Below, in pieces: positions 11,517 to 21,700 of a stretch of DNA of 64,000 nucleotides. Source of the stretch: an uncultured delta proteobacterium. GTDB taxonomy: Bacteria > Myxococcota > Myxococcia > Myxococcales > Myxococcaceae. Numbering within the stretch: position 1 is the first letter of the stretch; each line of letters starts with the position of its first letter. Both the position numbers and the translations under genes were made by a program. The stretch lies in the NCBI GenBank assembly GCA_963713045.1, contig CAVQKE010000007.1, forward strand, positions 160,001-224,000, given 5' to 3'. The notes beneath the pieces are model-generated. The model had not been told where the DNA came from, searched no databases, and saw nothing but the letters and a program-made list of their open reading frames with translations.

Positions 11517-11672
11517 ATGCGACCCCTTCGGTGTTCCATCAACGTCACACTGGACGGGTGCTGCGATCATCGTGCAATCGTCCCGGACGAAGGCTTGCAT
11601 CGCCACGCGGTCGAGAACCTTGCCCCAGGTCGATGCCCTCCTCGTTGGCCGGGTCACCTACGAAATGATGGA
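11517..11672 (+). pseudogene. Dihydrofolate reductase/RibD C-terminal family, 5' fragment
   Basis: MRPLRCSINVTLDGCCDH, then a frameshift to DALLVGRVTYEMM, then truncated at the 3' end of the convergent AraC gene. Confidence 0.75.
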
Positions 11673-11688
11673 CTCAAAACCCAGTGGT

Positions 11689-12612
11689 TCAAAGTGCGGC
11701 CGAGCTCGCTTTCGTCACATCGCGGGGAGGACCCAGCCAACCGCGCGCCTGCTCGCGGAATTGCGATGGGGTCGTCCCAAACGCAGCATGGAAGCGGGCC
11801 GAGAAGTGACTGTGACTAGAGAACCCCAGCTCGAGCGCAAGCTCAGTGAGGTCGTCTGCTTGTGAAAGCGCTACAAGGGCCCGCGCCAGCCGCAGTTGCG
11901 TAAGGTACCGGTGTAGCGGGACACCCTCCACCGCGCGGAACACCTGGGTCAGGTAGACCGGAGATGCGCCGACTGCGATGCCGACATCGGCGAGCCGAAT
12001 GGGGTGAGCGTGCTCGGCTTCCAGGTAAGCCTTGGTCCGTGCAATGAGCTTCTGCGTCGACCGGGCTGGATTGTGTCGAGGGGCATCGTCGTCGAGGGCC
12101 GACCTGAGCAATGCCAACACCAGCTCCTCCGCAGCGAGCGCGTCGTCATTCGCTCCGCCAAGGGCCCGAAAGAGGAGCTGCGCCCTAAGACTCTGCACCG
12201 AAGGGCTAACACGGCGACTCCGACGGTGAAACAGCGCGTGAGACGCAAGAGCGCCCCCGCTCGCATGCCCGAGCTCCGCGACGATGGACGCAGCGGGCGT
12301 GACAATGAGCTCCGCATAGCCGCCTGCGACCGGGTGGCTCATGCGATAGCGCTCACCACCGGTGACGAACAGTGCCTGGTTTGCATCACCCACCACCTCG
12401 TCGTGGCCCACATGCCAGACGAAGAGGCCGCGGTACGGGAGGGCGACCTGGAACTCCGCTGAGAACGCTTCTCCGTCGAGCTCGTTCAGCGCGCCGCCGG
12501 CCCGGACATCTTCGACCAGTCCGAGTGACAGCTCGAAGAGGCGGGTGCGCGATCGCGTCGCGCAAAGGCCGCGCTCTGGCTCGATCTTCGATGCGAGCTG
12601 AAGTGAAACCAT
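11689..12612 (-). CDS. AraC family transcriptional regulator
   Basis: C-terminal LALELGFSSHSHFSARFHAAFGTTPSQFR. Confidence 0.9.
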   Translation of the reverse strand: MVSLQLASKIEPERGLCATRSRTRLFELSLGLVEDVRAGGALNELDGEAFSAEFQVALPYRGLFVWHVGHDEVVGDANQALFVTGGERYRMSHPVAGGYAELIVTPAASIVAELGHASGGALASHALFHRRSRRVSPSVQSLRAQLLFRALGGANDDALAAEELVLALLRSALDDDAPRHNPARSTQKLIARTKAYLEAEHAHPIRLADVGIAVGASPVYLTQVFRAVEGVPLHRYLTQLRLARALVALSQADDLTELALELGFSSHSHFSARFHAAFGTTPSQFREQARGWLGPPRDVTKASSAAL

Positions 12613-12853
12613 GCTCCTAGGCTACTACGCTGCGCTCTTCGTGCCGAGCGTTGTGAAAGCGGAGCTTAAGAATGTGACAGCGCTAGCGAGCCAAAGAGCG
12701 TGACAGCGAAGCCACCCTCGTTCGTCCACTCTTGCGCGCATGTCGTGGCCCTCGCTTGAAGCCCCTAGGTTGGAGCTCGCTCATTTGCTGAACCGAGCAC
12801 GCTTCGCCCACACGCGTCGGTCATGACCACCACGTCGCTGCGAGGAGGTTTCG

Positions 12854-14164
12854 ATGAAGGCGCCAATCATTCGGTGGGTGGCAGGGATGGCAGCACTGTT
12901 GGCAAGCGTGTCCGCGGGTGAGTCCGGTGAGGCACGCGGTGAAGCGCAGGCTGCTTACCGCATCACAACGCTCCCTTCGCTCGGGGGAACGCAGAGCTCG
13001 GGCAATGGCATCAACGACTTGGAGTGGGTGACCGGTTCTTCGGCCCTTGCCGGAAACCAGAGCGTCCGCGCCACGCTCTGGTTCGATGGACGGATAACCG
13101 ACCTCGGAACGCTCGGTGGCGCGAACAGCAGCGTGGTCTGGCCAGTGAAGGACTCCGTCGGCATCATCACTGGAATCGCTGAGACCTCGACAGTGGACCC
13201 GCTCGGAGAACAGTGGAGTTGTAGCGCATTCATCCCGACGACTGGGACCACGTGCCTCGGCTTCGTCTGGGAGTTCGGAACGATTCGGGCGCTTCCGACT
13301 TTCGGGGGTAACAATGGCTTCGCTACTGGCGCCAACAACCGAGGGCAAGTGGTTGGCTGGGCCGAGAATGCCGTTCACGACCCGACATGCACCAGTCCGC
13401 AGGTCCTGCAATTCCGGGCCGCGATTTGGGGGCCTGGCACAGGTACGATTCGGGAGCTTCCGCCTCTGGCTGGCGACTCAACCAGCGCCGCGACGGCGGT
13501 CAACGACCAGGGCCAGGCGGTTGGCATCTCTGGCATTTGTGGCAGTGCTGTGGGTGCTTTCAGCGCCGCGCACGCCGTGCTTTGGGAAAATGGCACACCG
13601 ACCGACATCGGGAACCTCGGCGGTGTTGCGTGGAACACACCGATGGCCATCAACGAGTGGGGGGACGTTGTTGGATTCTCCAATATTCGCGCAAGTGATG
13701 GGGACACCTTCAATGCGCACGCGTTCCTGTGGACGCGTCGGAACGGCATCCAGGACCTCGGCACACTTCCGGGTGATGCGCTGAGCCAGGGCTTGGGCAT
13801 CAACAATTGGCGCCAAGTGGTGGGCATTTCCTGCACCGCGGGCTTTGCCAGTTGCAGAGGATTCCTCTGGCGAGATGGCGTCATGATGGACCTCAACTCG
13901 CTTGTGGTGTCGGGGACCACCGACCCCATCTATGCCGCCGGAGACATCGATGACCTCGGGCGAATCACTGGGCAGACGCTCAACGTGACGACGAACGCGG
14001 CGTCTGCTTTCCTTGCCCTACCAACCTGTTCGCTCGACGGCGACCGCGGCTTCGGTGGGCGTACCGAGGCGGCGCTTGCGACACCAGCGTCGCAGCCACC
14101 TTTGCCCGAACAAGTCAGAGGCGAAATTTTGAGGCGCCTGGGCGTCAGCGAGCACAAGCTCTAG
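12854..14164 (+). CDS. Extracellular HAF-repeat protein
   Basis: Signal peptide; repeated DLGTLGG / INxxGQVVG / HAFLW units. Confidence 0.88.
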   Translation: MKAPIIRWVAGMAALLASVSAGESGEARGEAQAAYRITTLPSLGGTQSSGNGINDLEWVTGSSALAGNQSVRATLWFDGRITDLGTLGGANSSVVWPVKDSVGIITGIAETSTVDPLGEQWSCSAFIPTTGTTCLGFVWEFGTIRALPTFGGNNGFATGANNRGQVVGWAENAVHDPTCTSPQVLQFRAAIWGPGTGTIRELPPLAGDSTSAATAVNDQGQAVGISGICGSAVGAFSAAHAVLWENGTPTDIGNLGGVAWNTPMAINEWGDVVGFSNIRASDGDTFNAHAFLWTRRNGIQDLGTLPGDALSQGLGINNWRQVVGISCTAGFASCRGFLWRDGVMMDLNSLVVSGTTDPIYAAGDIDDLGRITGQTLNVTTNAASAFLALPTCSLDGDRGFGGRTEAALATPASQPPLPEQVRGEILRRLGVSEHKL

Positions 14165-14228
14165 CCTTGCTATGACGCTCTGCAGGAGCCGCGATGAGGT
14201 AGTATGGACAGACTGCCGCCAGCAAAGT

Positions 14229-14354
14229 CCGTGGCCAGTTCCAAACGTTCTGGTCTATACCGCGTCATATTGGCACCGCCTCGTCGCCTATAGTTGCACC
14301 ACTGGCTTGAAGGTCGTTGCTCCCTTCGTTTCGGCCGATTGGAGATCGCAGGAG
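14229..14354 (+). repeat. Conserved ~125-bp element upstream of tRNA-Gly, copy 1
   Basis: Gap-free alignment to 26448-26573 (ccgtggcca..ctatagttgcaccac..gcttgaaggtcgtt..cggccga.tggaga). Confidence 0.85.
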
Positions 14355-14398
14355 GGGGTAGTCTGACTTGTGGTTCCCCCTCGGAACACGGGTACTTA

Positions 14399-14438
14399 GC
14401 GGTGGTAGCTCAGTTGGTAGAGCACGAGCTTCCCAAGC
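14399..14438 (+). pseudogene. tRNA-Gly(CCC) 5' half only
   Basis: 40/40 nt identical to 26615-26654; the match stops two bases after the anticodon loop. Confidence 0.92.
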
Positions 14439-14553
14439 GTGGTTGGCGTCGCCGAACGTAGGTGACGGGGTCGGTACCAGAGGTAAGGCCCACCTCGTCG
14501 ACCTCTCCTGAGCCCGGCGAAAGCCCTCGGGACCTACCTTCCAACCTACGTTC
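14439..14553 (-). repeat. Inverted, diverged att arm
   Basis: GAACGTA 14454-60, TACCTTC 14535-41 and TACGTTC 14547-53 form the mirror image of the arm at 63547-63660. Confidence 0.75.
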
Positions 14554-14676
14554 CGGACACCAGCGCGCGTGCGTTGGCCCTCCTCCGGGACAGACGCGAC
14601 GGGAGCCCACCCAGGCCGCCCACGCTGGGCGTTAGCCGTCGCGTGGGAGGAGCCGTTTTACGGGCTCTTCCAACGC

Positions 14677-15279
14677 TTAGGAACCGCCGTCTGACCGTTC
14701 GCGAGCGAGTTCCTCTTCCAGCCACGCGCGGTACAGACCAAGTCGCTCAACAGCGCGCGGCCTGAGGCGACTCGAGGGAAAGAGCTGCAGGAAGGTCTCG
14801 TAACGTTGGATCCCCTCCAGGTACGCCTGCACGTCGGGCTCGAAGTCGCCGCATCCCCGCGGCTCGACGCGCGTATTCCAATAAGCCTCATCAGCTTGTA
14901 AGCCATTTGGCAGTGCCGCGAGGTAATGGGCGAAGCCCTCGGAACCCGCTTCCCAGTCGAGGCCTACTTCGCAGTAAAGCAGCCGGACCCCAATTACTGA
15001 GAGGCAAGCGAGCAACTGGTCCCGAAGCGCGAGCGCCTCCTTGGGTTTCATCTTCCTTTTGGTGAGTTGATCCGCGAGCTTGTCTGCTTTCTTCTGCAAG
15101 GTAAGCCAGTCGTTCGCGCCACCCCGTTTCGCCGCGAGGTGCGCCTGCGCTAGCGGCGCCATGACCCCCACGGCGCAGGGAACGCCTCCATCGGGCGACG
15201 CGGAGAGCAACACAGCGAGAGCGAGCGGAATCAGCGGACGGTCCTCACAGGAATCGATTTGCCTAACAAGCGTGAACAC
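14677..15279 (-). CDS. Hypothetical protein, probably secreted, with a TPR/BamD-like helix pair
   Basis: Hydrophobic LALAVLLSA near the N-terminus; YETFLQLFPSSRL. The true start is probably downstream. Confidence 0.5.
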   Translation of the reverse strand: MFTLVRQIDSCEDRPLIPLALAVLLSASPDGGVPCAVGVMAPLAQAHLAAKRGGANDWLTLQKKADKLADQLTKRKMKPKEALALRDQLLACLSVIGVRLLYCEVGLDWEAGSEGFAHYLAALPNGLQADEAYWNTRVEPRGCGDFEPDVQAYLEGIQRYETFLQLFPSSRLRPRAVERLGLYRAWLEEELARERSDGGS

Positions 15280-15445
15280 AGCGTGGTGCGTTGGATACCG
15301 GGTGGTGATGGGTCCTTTGCCGCCGAGCGCCGCAAACTCTGAGCCAGCGGCCTGTTAACCAAGACCCTCTCGTCGATTCGAGGCATGTGAGTCCACACGC
15401 CTCCGCTGGTGCGTCTGAAGAGCCGCACCGAGCACCAGTCATCTC

Positions 15446-16072
15446 CTAGTCTCCTCGAGTGAAGTGGTGGCGCCAGCTGTCGGGAAGGGACGGAAGCTGG
15501 AGGACTTCCCTGAGTCGAGCTCGGTCCTCCATCAGTTTTTCGAAGGAGAAGAGCTCCAGGACGGAGAGGTGGATGGCTTCTCGTTGGACGAGTTCGAGCT
15601 CGTCCCCTTCCAAGAGAGTGCCTTCTCCGAGCACGCGGAGGTAGACGCCGGGCCGCCGGATAGCTATGAAGCGTCTCAGGACGAGAGGGTCGCCAAAGCG
15701 AATCCCAAGCTTGTAACAAGGCAGGCGGGGCTGGCTTGCCTGCACCGTGGCGGTTCCAACCCGGAAGACGTCGCCGATAAACACCTGGCTCTCGTCAAGC
15801 TTGTCCAACAGCAAATTCTCGCCAAACGCCGGCGGCTCGAGTGAATGCCCCTCGCTTTCTTCCCAGCTCGCGTAGGCGTCGAGCCCGTAGGCGTAAGCCG
15901 CCTTGTCCGGGCCGCCATGCACGGTCAGGTCGGCTTGCGCATCTCCCTGCAAGTTGAAGCTTCCCAGATGCAGCGGGCCCCGAGCGGACTGTTTCCAGAT
16001 GCTGGTGCTGACTGGGCGCTGCCCGCCCAGCACCGTGCGTGGCTGTCCCACAAACATCGAGACAATTCGCAT
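15446..16072 (-). CDS. MOSC domain protein (YiiM-like)
   Basis: GDAQADLTVHGGPDKA, FGENL, SQPRLPCYKL. Confidence 0.9.
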   Translation of the reverse strand: MRIVSMFVGQPRTVLGGQRPVSTSIWKQSARGPLHLGSFNLQGDAQADLTVHGGPDKAAYAYGLDAYASWEESEGHSLEPPAFGENLLLDKLDESQVFIGDVFRVGTATVQASQPRLPCYKLGIRFGDPLVLRRFIAIRRPGVYLRVLGEGTLLEGDELELVQREAIHLSVLELFSFEKLMEDRARLREVLQLPSLPDSWRHHFTRGD

Positions 16073-16550
16073 GAAGGCCTCAGCTCTGCGCTAGCTTTGG
16101 GACAACCAAATCCACAACCATCCGGGAGAAATCTCCGCGCCTAGCCCACGCCAGACATTTCAGGGTCCGTGAGAGATGCCATGAGCGTTTAACCGGTCGA
16201 GCTGTTTGCGCCCAATCTTTCGGTCGTTCTCGGAGACCGCGGCTTCTCCCTGGGCATCGCGCCGGTCCACCTCGTCGGCAAAGCGCGGCAACTTGCGCCA
16301 ATCGAGACCACCCAGAATCTGCAGGGCCAGCTCGTTGAGCTTGCTCGTCAATGTGTGAAAATCTCTAATTCTCCGAAGTTGGCCCCTCCACAGGGCGGAG
16401 CTTCATGGACGTCGGCGCGTACCAGTTCCGGGTGCAAAAACAGCATCTGACTGGTCTCCATTCCTCGAAGAACGAAGGGGGCTCGCGCCCGTCGAACAGC
16501 CGTCACTCGGCGCCTGGGCTTCGACCCTAACTCCACCTCTGAGCAGACAT

Positions 16551-18029
16551 CTAGATGGCGAAGGCAAGCACGACAGCGATTGACTCGAACTCCTGCAAAT
16601 GGGTGTTCACGGTCGAGTTGGTGTTCGGGCCGATAATCACCGGAGCCCAATCGGACGACCCGGTGCCGGCCGCACCCACCGGCGGAATCGGGCCGGACCA
16701 GGAATACGGCTGGGCACCAGGTCCGCTCGGAAAGCCGTTAGCGAATTCGAAGCTGGCGACGACCAGCACTTTGATGTTTGCGCGGACCAGGAAGGCGAGG
16801 GCCGGAGCGATGTGCAGATCATTCACGGTTGGGCCGCCCTTTTGGTAAAGGGAAATGTTCTCGATGCGAAGGCTGGGAACGAACCACGGGAAGACGACGT
16901 AGCTCAACTCTCCATACGTCACCTGCGCCGTCACCTGGCCGAGAGCCCCCACCGTATTCACCCATCCTGCGTTGTGCTGCTGATTGTAGAAGCCCAAATC
17001 GAGCTCGGCTGAGCCGAGCATGCCCCGGACCCCGACGCCCGCGGTGAAAGACACGTCGCTGACCGGGGTCGCGCCCGGCGGGGTCGTCAACGGGTTCGGG
17101 AAATGCTCGTTTGAGTGGTAAAGGAAGCCGTCCACGGTGAGCGAGGTCTCCGCCCACGGGCGCGCTGGATCCGCAGGGCCCGTCGAACCCTCCCCGTCAA
17201 GGCGCATCCCGCCGATTTTGAACCCGGCTTGCGCGTAGTAGTTCGCGCTGTTGAAAGCGCTCGTCCAAGCGTTCGACCCTGCATTCCATCCCATCGCATA
17301 GTCCAACCGCCCAGCGATGACCCCCCGAAGCTCCACGCCCGGATAGTTATTGACGAGAACAAAGGGACTGGTCGAGAGACCGTAAATCCCCGTGACCGGT
17401 GCGTTGGTGATGAACTGATCGGCGGCATACGAAGAGTGCACGCCAAAGCTGCTGATGGTGGGAAGCTGACTGCCCACCACCAAGTTGAAGACGTGAGGCA
17501 AAAAGAGGTCGTTGAAGAGTAACTCGGCAGACTCGATGGACACTCCTCCCGAGATGTCGACCGTCACCTCGCCCCAAAACGTGATGGTGTCGGTGAAGGC
17601 GCCTCCCGCCCAGAGGTGAAACTCCTCGGTTTCGCCATCGAGGTCCACTTGGGTCCCATTGTTCGCTTGCGGGAACGTGGACCCCTTGTCAGGGTAGAAC
17701 ATGGCTTGGCCGTTGAACCCGACCGAGATGGGCACCGAGATTGGAATGGTGCTTGGCCACACCGCGTTCGGGAAGTTCTTCATGTTCGCTTCTTGGGCGA
17801 GAGGCACGGTCTCCTGTTTCACGTAATCACTGTCGACACCCGGGAACCGGTAGCCGTTGCGCCGAAACGCCTCACCGAACGGGGTGAGCTTCGGGTACAC
17901 CGTGTGGCACGTCAGACAGCTCGTGCCGTACTTGCGGGCGAACGCGGGAATGGCCTGAGCTGGGGCTGCTACCAAGAGAACCACGGCGAAAGCCAGAACA
18001 TGGATTCCGATGCGACATAGGCACTTCAT
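16551..18029 (-). CDS. Cyc2-like monoheme cytochrome c / outer-membrane beta-barrel fusion
   Basis: Signal peptide, then AIPAFARKYGTSCLTCHTVYPKLTPFGEAFRRNGY (single CxxCH), then amphipathic beta-strand-like sequence. Confidence 0.75.
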   Translation of the reverse strand: MKCLCRIGIHVLAFAVVLLVAAPAQAIPAFARKYGTSCLTCHTVYPKLTPFGEAFRRNGYRFPGVDSDYVKQETVPLAQEANMKNFPNAVWPSTIPISVPISVGFNGQAMFYPDKGSTFPQANNGTQVDLDGETEEFHLWAGGAFTDTITFWGEVTVDISGGVSIESAELLFNDLFLPHVFNLVVGSQLPTISSFGVHSSYAADQFITNAPVTGIYGLSTSPFVLVNNYPGVELRGVIAGRLDYAMGWNAGSNAWTSAFNSANYYAQAGFKIGGMRLDGEGSTGPADPARPWAETSLTVDGFLYHSNEHFPNPLTTPPGATPVSDVSFTAGVGVRGMLGSAELDLGFYNQQHNAGWVNTVGALGQVTAQVTYGELSYVVFPWFVPSLRIENISLYQKGGPTVNDLHIAPALAFLVRANIKVLVVASFEFANGFPSGPGAQPYSWSGPIPPVGAAGTGSSDWAPVIIGPNTNSTVNTHLQEFESIAVVLAFAI

Positions 18030-18290
18030 GCCGGGCTCCTCCTGCTGCAGGACCGCGGAGAGCAATGAGAACCCGGCGTAGGCCCGGGCCCGTGGGATGG
18101 TCTCGGCCGTCGCTTGGTTGCGAGATGGCCTTGCAATCTCACAGCCAGCAAATGTGCTTCGAGGACACCTTCCACTTGAGCGCAGTGTTTGCGCGACGCG
18201 GTGTTTGTGAGCCGTTTGTCGCAAAAGCTGCGTCGTCGGTCCAAACCATCGTCCTCACGTTGCGCGCCGCGGCGAATGCGGTGGCCAGAT

Positions 18291-19352
18291 TCAAGTCGCC
18301 AGCTCGCGGGACATTCGGGGCGCAGTAGAGAGCGCGAACGCGCCGAGCATGCCAAGGGCGATTAGGAAATCCCGCCACCCGAGCGGCGGCGAGCCAGGCG
18401 CTGAAAGTGACGGCACGACGAGCAGGTTGCAGTTCAGCCACAGGCCAACAAGCTGTGCCACCAGAACGGCTCGAAGGACGCCTGGCGACCGTCTGCCGTA
18501 CGGGTGGAGCAGGCCCAGGAACGGCACGACGAAGACCAGAACGACGACGGCGACCACCACCCATCCCCAGTTGTCGACGCTCCGACGCAGTGCGAAGACA
18601 ATTTCGTCTGGAAGATTCGCGTACCAGAGGGTGAGGTATTGCGACCAGAAGAGGTAGGCCCAGAAGATGGCCAACGTCAAAAGCAGCGAGCCAGCGTCGA
18701 GGCGCTGTCGCTCGGAAAGAGCACCGCGCGCCACCGCGACCAGGGTGGCGACACCGGCCCCAGCAATGAAAGCCCCCACGAAGAGGTACGGGCCAATCAG
18801 CGTGTTCCCCACCCAATCGGGCGCAGGCCCGACGACGAAGTCGAACGCCCAGATGGACAACACCACCGCGAAGACGAGGAGGTAAACCACCGACGCCCGG
18901 AGCGTTGGAGATTTGCCTCCGGCGGGCTGACGAAATCCCAAGTAGGCGAAGCCAAAAAGCGCGGCATTGAGCGCCAGCTGGCGTAGGACAAGGAAGGGAG
19001 TGGCGAGCCAGCCAGTCGACTGACCCGCCCACGGAGCAATGCCTGCACCGGCCATGATGACGACGAGCAGCACGGAAGCGGCCGGCAGAAAGGACGCCTC
19101 TGCGCCAGCGAGCGGCGCCAGCGGCCGGGCCCAGCCGGCATCAATCATCCTGAAAAAGGCGCGGAACGCCACCGCACCGGCTGCGGCACCGGCAAAAAAT
19201 AGCCAACTCGCGATGAGCGCCGCGTAGGCTCGTGGCGCGCCTCCGCCAAAAAGTCCGCTGGCGAAGGCCACGATGCCGAGCCCGACCGCGGCGAGGGCGA
19301 CCCACGTGACCCGCGGTCCCATCGTTGCCTGCGCTTCTGCCGTCCAGCTCAC
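18291..19352 (-). CDS. ActF-like polytopic membrane subunit
   Basis: About 10 TM segments; FWAYLFWSQYLTLWYANLPDE motif; last act gene of the operon. Confidence 0.8.
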   Translation of the reverse strand: MSWTAEAQATMGPRVTWVALAAVGLGIVAFASGLFGGGAPRAYAALIASWLFFAGAAAGAVAFRAFFRMIDAGWARPLAPLAGAEASFLPAASVLLVVIMAGAGIAPWAGQSTGWLATPFLVLRQLALNAALFGFAYLGFRQPAGGKSPTLRASVVYLLVFAVVLSIWAFDFVVGPAPDWVGNTLIGPYLFVGAFIAGAGVATLVAVARGALSERQRLDAGSLLLTLAIFWAYLFWSQYLTLWYANLPDEIVFALRRSVDNWGWVVVAVVVLVFVVPFLGLLHPYGRRSPGVLRAVLVAQLVGLWLNCNLLVVPSLSAPGSPPLGWRDFLIALGMLGAFALSTAPRMSRELAT

Positions 19353-19867
19353 CGGGCACCTCCCTCGGGGGCCGGGGGCACCGACTCGCAGCCTTCCGCT
19401 TGTAGCGTGCGCACAAAGGCAACCAAGTCCCAGCGATCGCGCGACGTCGTGCCCTCGCGCATGGTCGGCATGGCGCGTCCGCCAGCGGTGAGTGTTCCGT
19501 AGATGAATCCATCGCTTCGGTTGCAGATGGCGCTGTAGCGAAGGTTTGGCGCGGGCGGGAACTTAGCCGAGACCGGACCGTTCCCTTTGCCCTCGGGGCC
19601 GTGGCAGGGCGTGCAGTGGATGGCGAAAAGGGCCCGGCCCCGTGCCGCGGCGTCGGCGTCGAATGGCATGGGGGGCTTGAGGTCCGTGTCGTCTTCTCGG
19701 TCGACCAGCGTTTCGACCCCGCCGAGTGGGATGGAAGTGGCCGGCACCGGTCGCGCTTCCTCCAGCGGGCGCACGCTGGGCTGCTGCTCCATGCTGGCCG
19801 GCCATAGCTTCTCGCAGCCGGACACCAGCAGCACAGGCAGCAATGCTGCGCAGGCACGGCCGTTCAT
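19349..19867 (-). CDS. ActE-like monoheme cytochrome c lipoprotein
   Basis: Lipobox VSGC, CTPCH, distal Met (RAMP), RWDLVAFVRTLQ. Confidence 0.85.
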   Translation of the reverse strand: MNGRACAALLPVLLVSGCEKLWPASMEQQPSVRPLEEARPVPATSIPLGGVETLVDREDDTDLKPPMPFDADAAARGRALFAIHCTPCHGPEGKGNGPVSAKFPPAPNLRYSAICNRSDGFIYGTLTAGGRAMPTMREGTTSRDRWDLVAFVRTLQAEGCESVPPAPEGGAR

Positions 19868-20370
19868 GACGAGAGCTCCGGGACGGCATTCCCGAGCAGC
19901 TCCCGCACCCGGTCCCGCACCTCTGGCGCGAGGCCGCCGAGCGGCACAACCACGACAATGCGCTCGCTGCTCACCTGGTCCCGTACGGCACGAGTTACCT
20001 TGCGCCTGGCCAGCGCCGAGAAGACGACGAGCGCGAGGAAATTCGCCACACCAGCGAAAAGCATTGTGAGCTCGAACATCACCACCGCGAATGCGGTCCA
20101 AGCCAGGATGGGCTTGCCGCCGACGACCAGGCCAAGCGCCTTGGAAGTGCCGGCCTCGAGAGCCGTCGCACATCCGAGCCCGGTGAGCCCGCCAAGCAAA
20201 GCGACCCAGCCCAGGGCTCGCGACTGTCCGGTGGCCTCCACCTCATGGACCACCGGGTAAGCAGCAGGGCTCGAGACCTGAGCGTTGTCCACGCCCCGGG
20301 CACGGAGCGCCTGGACCGCACGCAGCGCGTCGTCGGGGTCGGCGTAGATGGCCACCAGGTGCTCAGGCAT
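19864..20370 (-). CDS. ActD-like (DUF3341) subunit
   Basis: Two TM helices with VGGKP..FELTMLF; sits between the ActC- and ActE-like genes. Confidence 0.82.
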   Translation of the reverse strand: MPEHLVAIYADPDDALRAVQALRARGVDNAQVSSPAAYPVVHEVEATGQSRALGWVALLGGLTGLGCATALEAGTSKALGLVVGGKPILAWTAFAVVMFELTMLFAGVANFLALVVFSALARRKVTRAVRDQVSSERIVVVVPLGGLAPEVRDRVRELLGNAVPELSS

Positions 20371-21700
20371 GGCTCGCCTCGGGCGTGAGGGCACCCTCGT
20401 CAATGGCATGCTTGCTCTGCATGCTCTCGGAGATGGCCATGCAGGGGAACAGCTTGACGAAGATGAGGAAGAGCATGAAGAACCAACCGAGGCCGCCAAG
20501 GCAGATGCAAACCTCTCTCAGCGTTGGTGAGTAATTGCCCCAATATTGAGAGATGAAGCCGCGGGCCAGCGTGGTGACGATGAAGAGGAATCGCTCGAAC
20601 CACATTCCGACCGTCACCAAGGCCGAGATGGTGATGAGCGCCGGCAGGCTTCGGCGCACACGCGACCAGAATAGGGCCAACGGGGCGAGGCTGTTGCAAG
20701 CCGCGACGCTCCAGAAGACGGGCGCGTAGGTGCCAGTCGCTCGCCACGCGAACACCTCCCGCTCCGCCGCGCTGCCTCGATAAAATGCCATGAAAAATTC
20801 CGTGGCGTAGACGAACGTCATGACCAACGACATCGCCAAAAGGAGCTTGGCGAGAAGCTCGAAGTGCGCACCCGTGATGTACCGCTGCAAGTGGTAGCCG
20901 CGACGAAGCCCAGCGAGCAGGAGCACGGCCACGGCGACCCCGGAGAAAATGGCTCCTGCGACGAAGTAGGGTGCGAAGATGGCCGAGTGCCAACCAGGCA
21001 TCACCGTCATCGCAAAATCCCACGACACCACGCTGTGCACCGAGACGGCCAGCGGGATGACCACGGCGGCGAAGATGGGATAGGCCTTCTCAAACAGCCG
21101 CCATTCCCCGTCCGTGCCGGCAAAGCCGAGCGTCAGGGCGCGGTACAAGGGACGCCTCCAGTCATGCACTCGCCGCGCCAGCAGCGCCAAGTCTGGCAGC
21201 ATGCCCATGTAGAGAAAGAGCATGCTCACCGTGACGTAGGAGGTAATCGCAAACACGTCCCAAGTGAGCGGCGACCTGAAATTCATCCAAAGTTGCCGCT
21301 GGTTCGGATAGGGCAAGAGGAAGAAGAAGAGCCAGGACCGTCCAATATGGACGATGGGGTAGAGACCTGCGGTCAAGATGGTGAAGACGGTCATCGCCTC
21401 CGCTGAGCGACCAATGGCGGCCCGCAGCGGCGAGCGGGTGAAGAAGAGAATGGCCGAAACCAGTGTCCCCGAGTGGCTCACGCCGATGAAGAAGACGAAC
21501 GTCGTGATGAGCGAACCCCACATCACCGGCTCGTTCAGCCCGGTGAGCCCCAAGCCTTGGCTGAGGATTCCGGACCAGGCCCAACCCCCGACGCCAACGA
21601 AGGAGACGGCGATGCCCAGGCACAGCCAGTAGCGCCACGTGGTCCGGTCCATGGTGGCGACGGTGTCGTGCTCGATTTGCGCCAGCCTCAGGTGGCTCAC
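20363..21700 (-). CDS. ActC / NrfD-PsrC family quinol-binding membrane subunit
   Basis: GVSHSGTLVSA, AEAMT, NFRSPLTWD, SVHSVVSWDFA, PGWH motifs. Confidence 0.92.
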   Translation of the reverse strand: MSHLRLAQIEHDTVATMDRTTWRYWLCLGIAVSFVGVGGWAWSGILSQGLGLTGLNEPVMWGSLITTFVFFIGVSHSGTLVSAILFFTRSPLRAAIGRSAEAMTVFTILTAGLYPIVHIGRSWLFFFLLPYPNQRQLWMNFRSPLTWDVFAITSYVTVSMLFLYMGMLPDLALLARRVHDWRRPLYRALTLGFAGTDGEWRLFEKAYPIFAAVVIPLAVSVHSVVSWDFAMTVMPGWHSAIFAPYFVAGAIFSGVAVAVLLLAGLRRGYHLQRYITGAHFELLAKLLLAMSLVMTFVYATEFFMAFYRGSAAEREVFAWRATGTYAPVFWSVAACNSLAPLALFWSRVRRSLPALITISALVTVGMWFERFLFIVTTLARGFISQYWGNYSPTLREVCICLGGLGWFFMLFLIFVKLFPCMAISESMQSKHAIDEGALTPEASHA

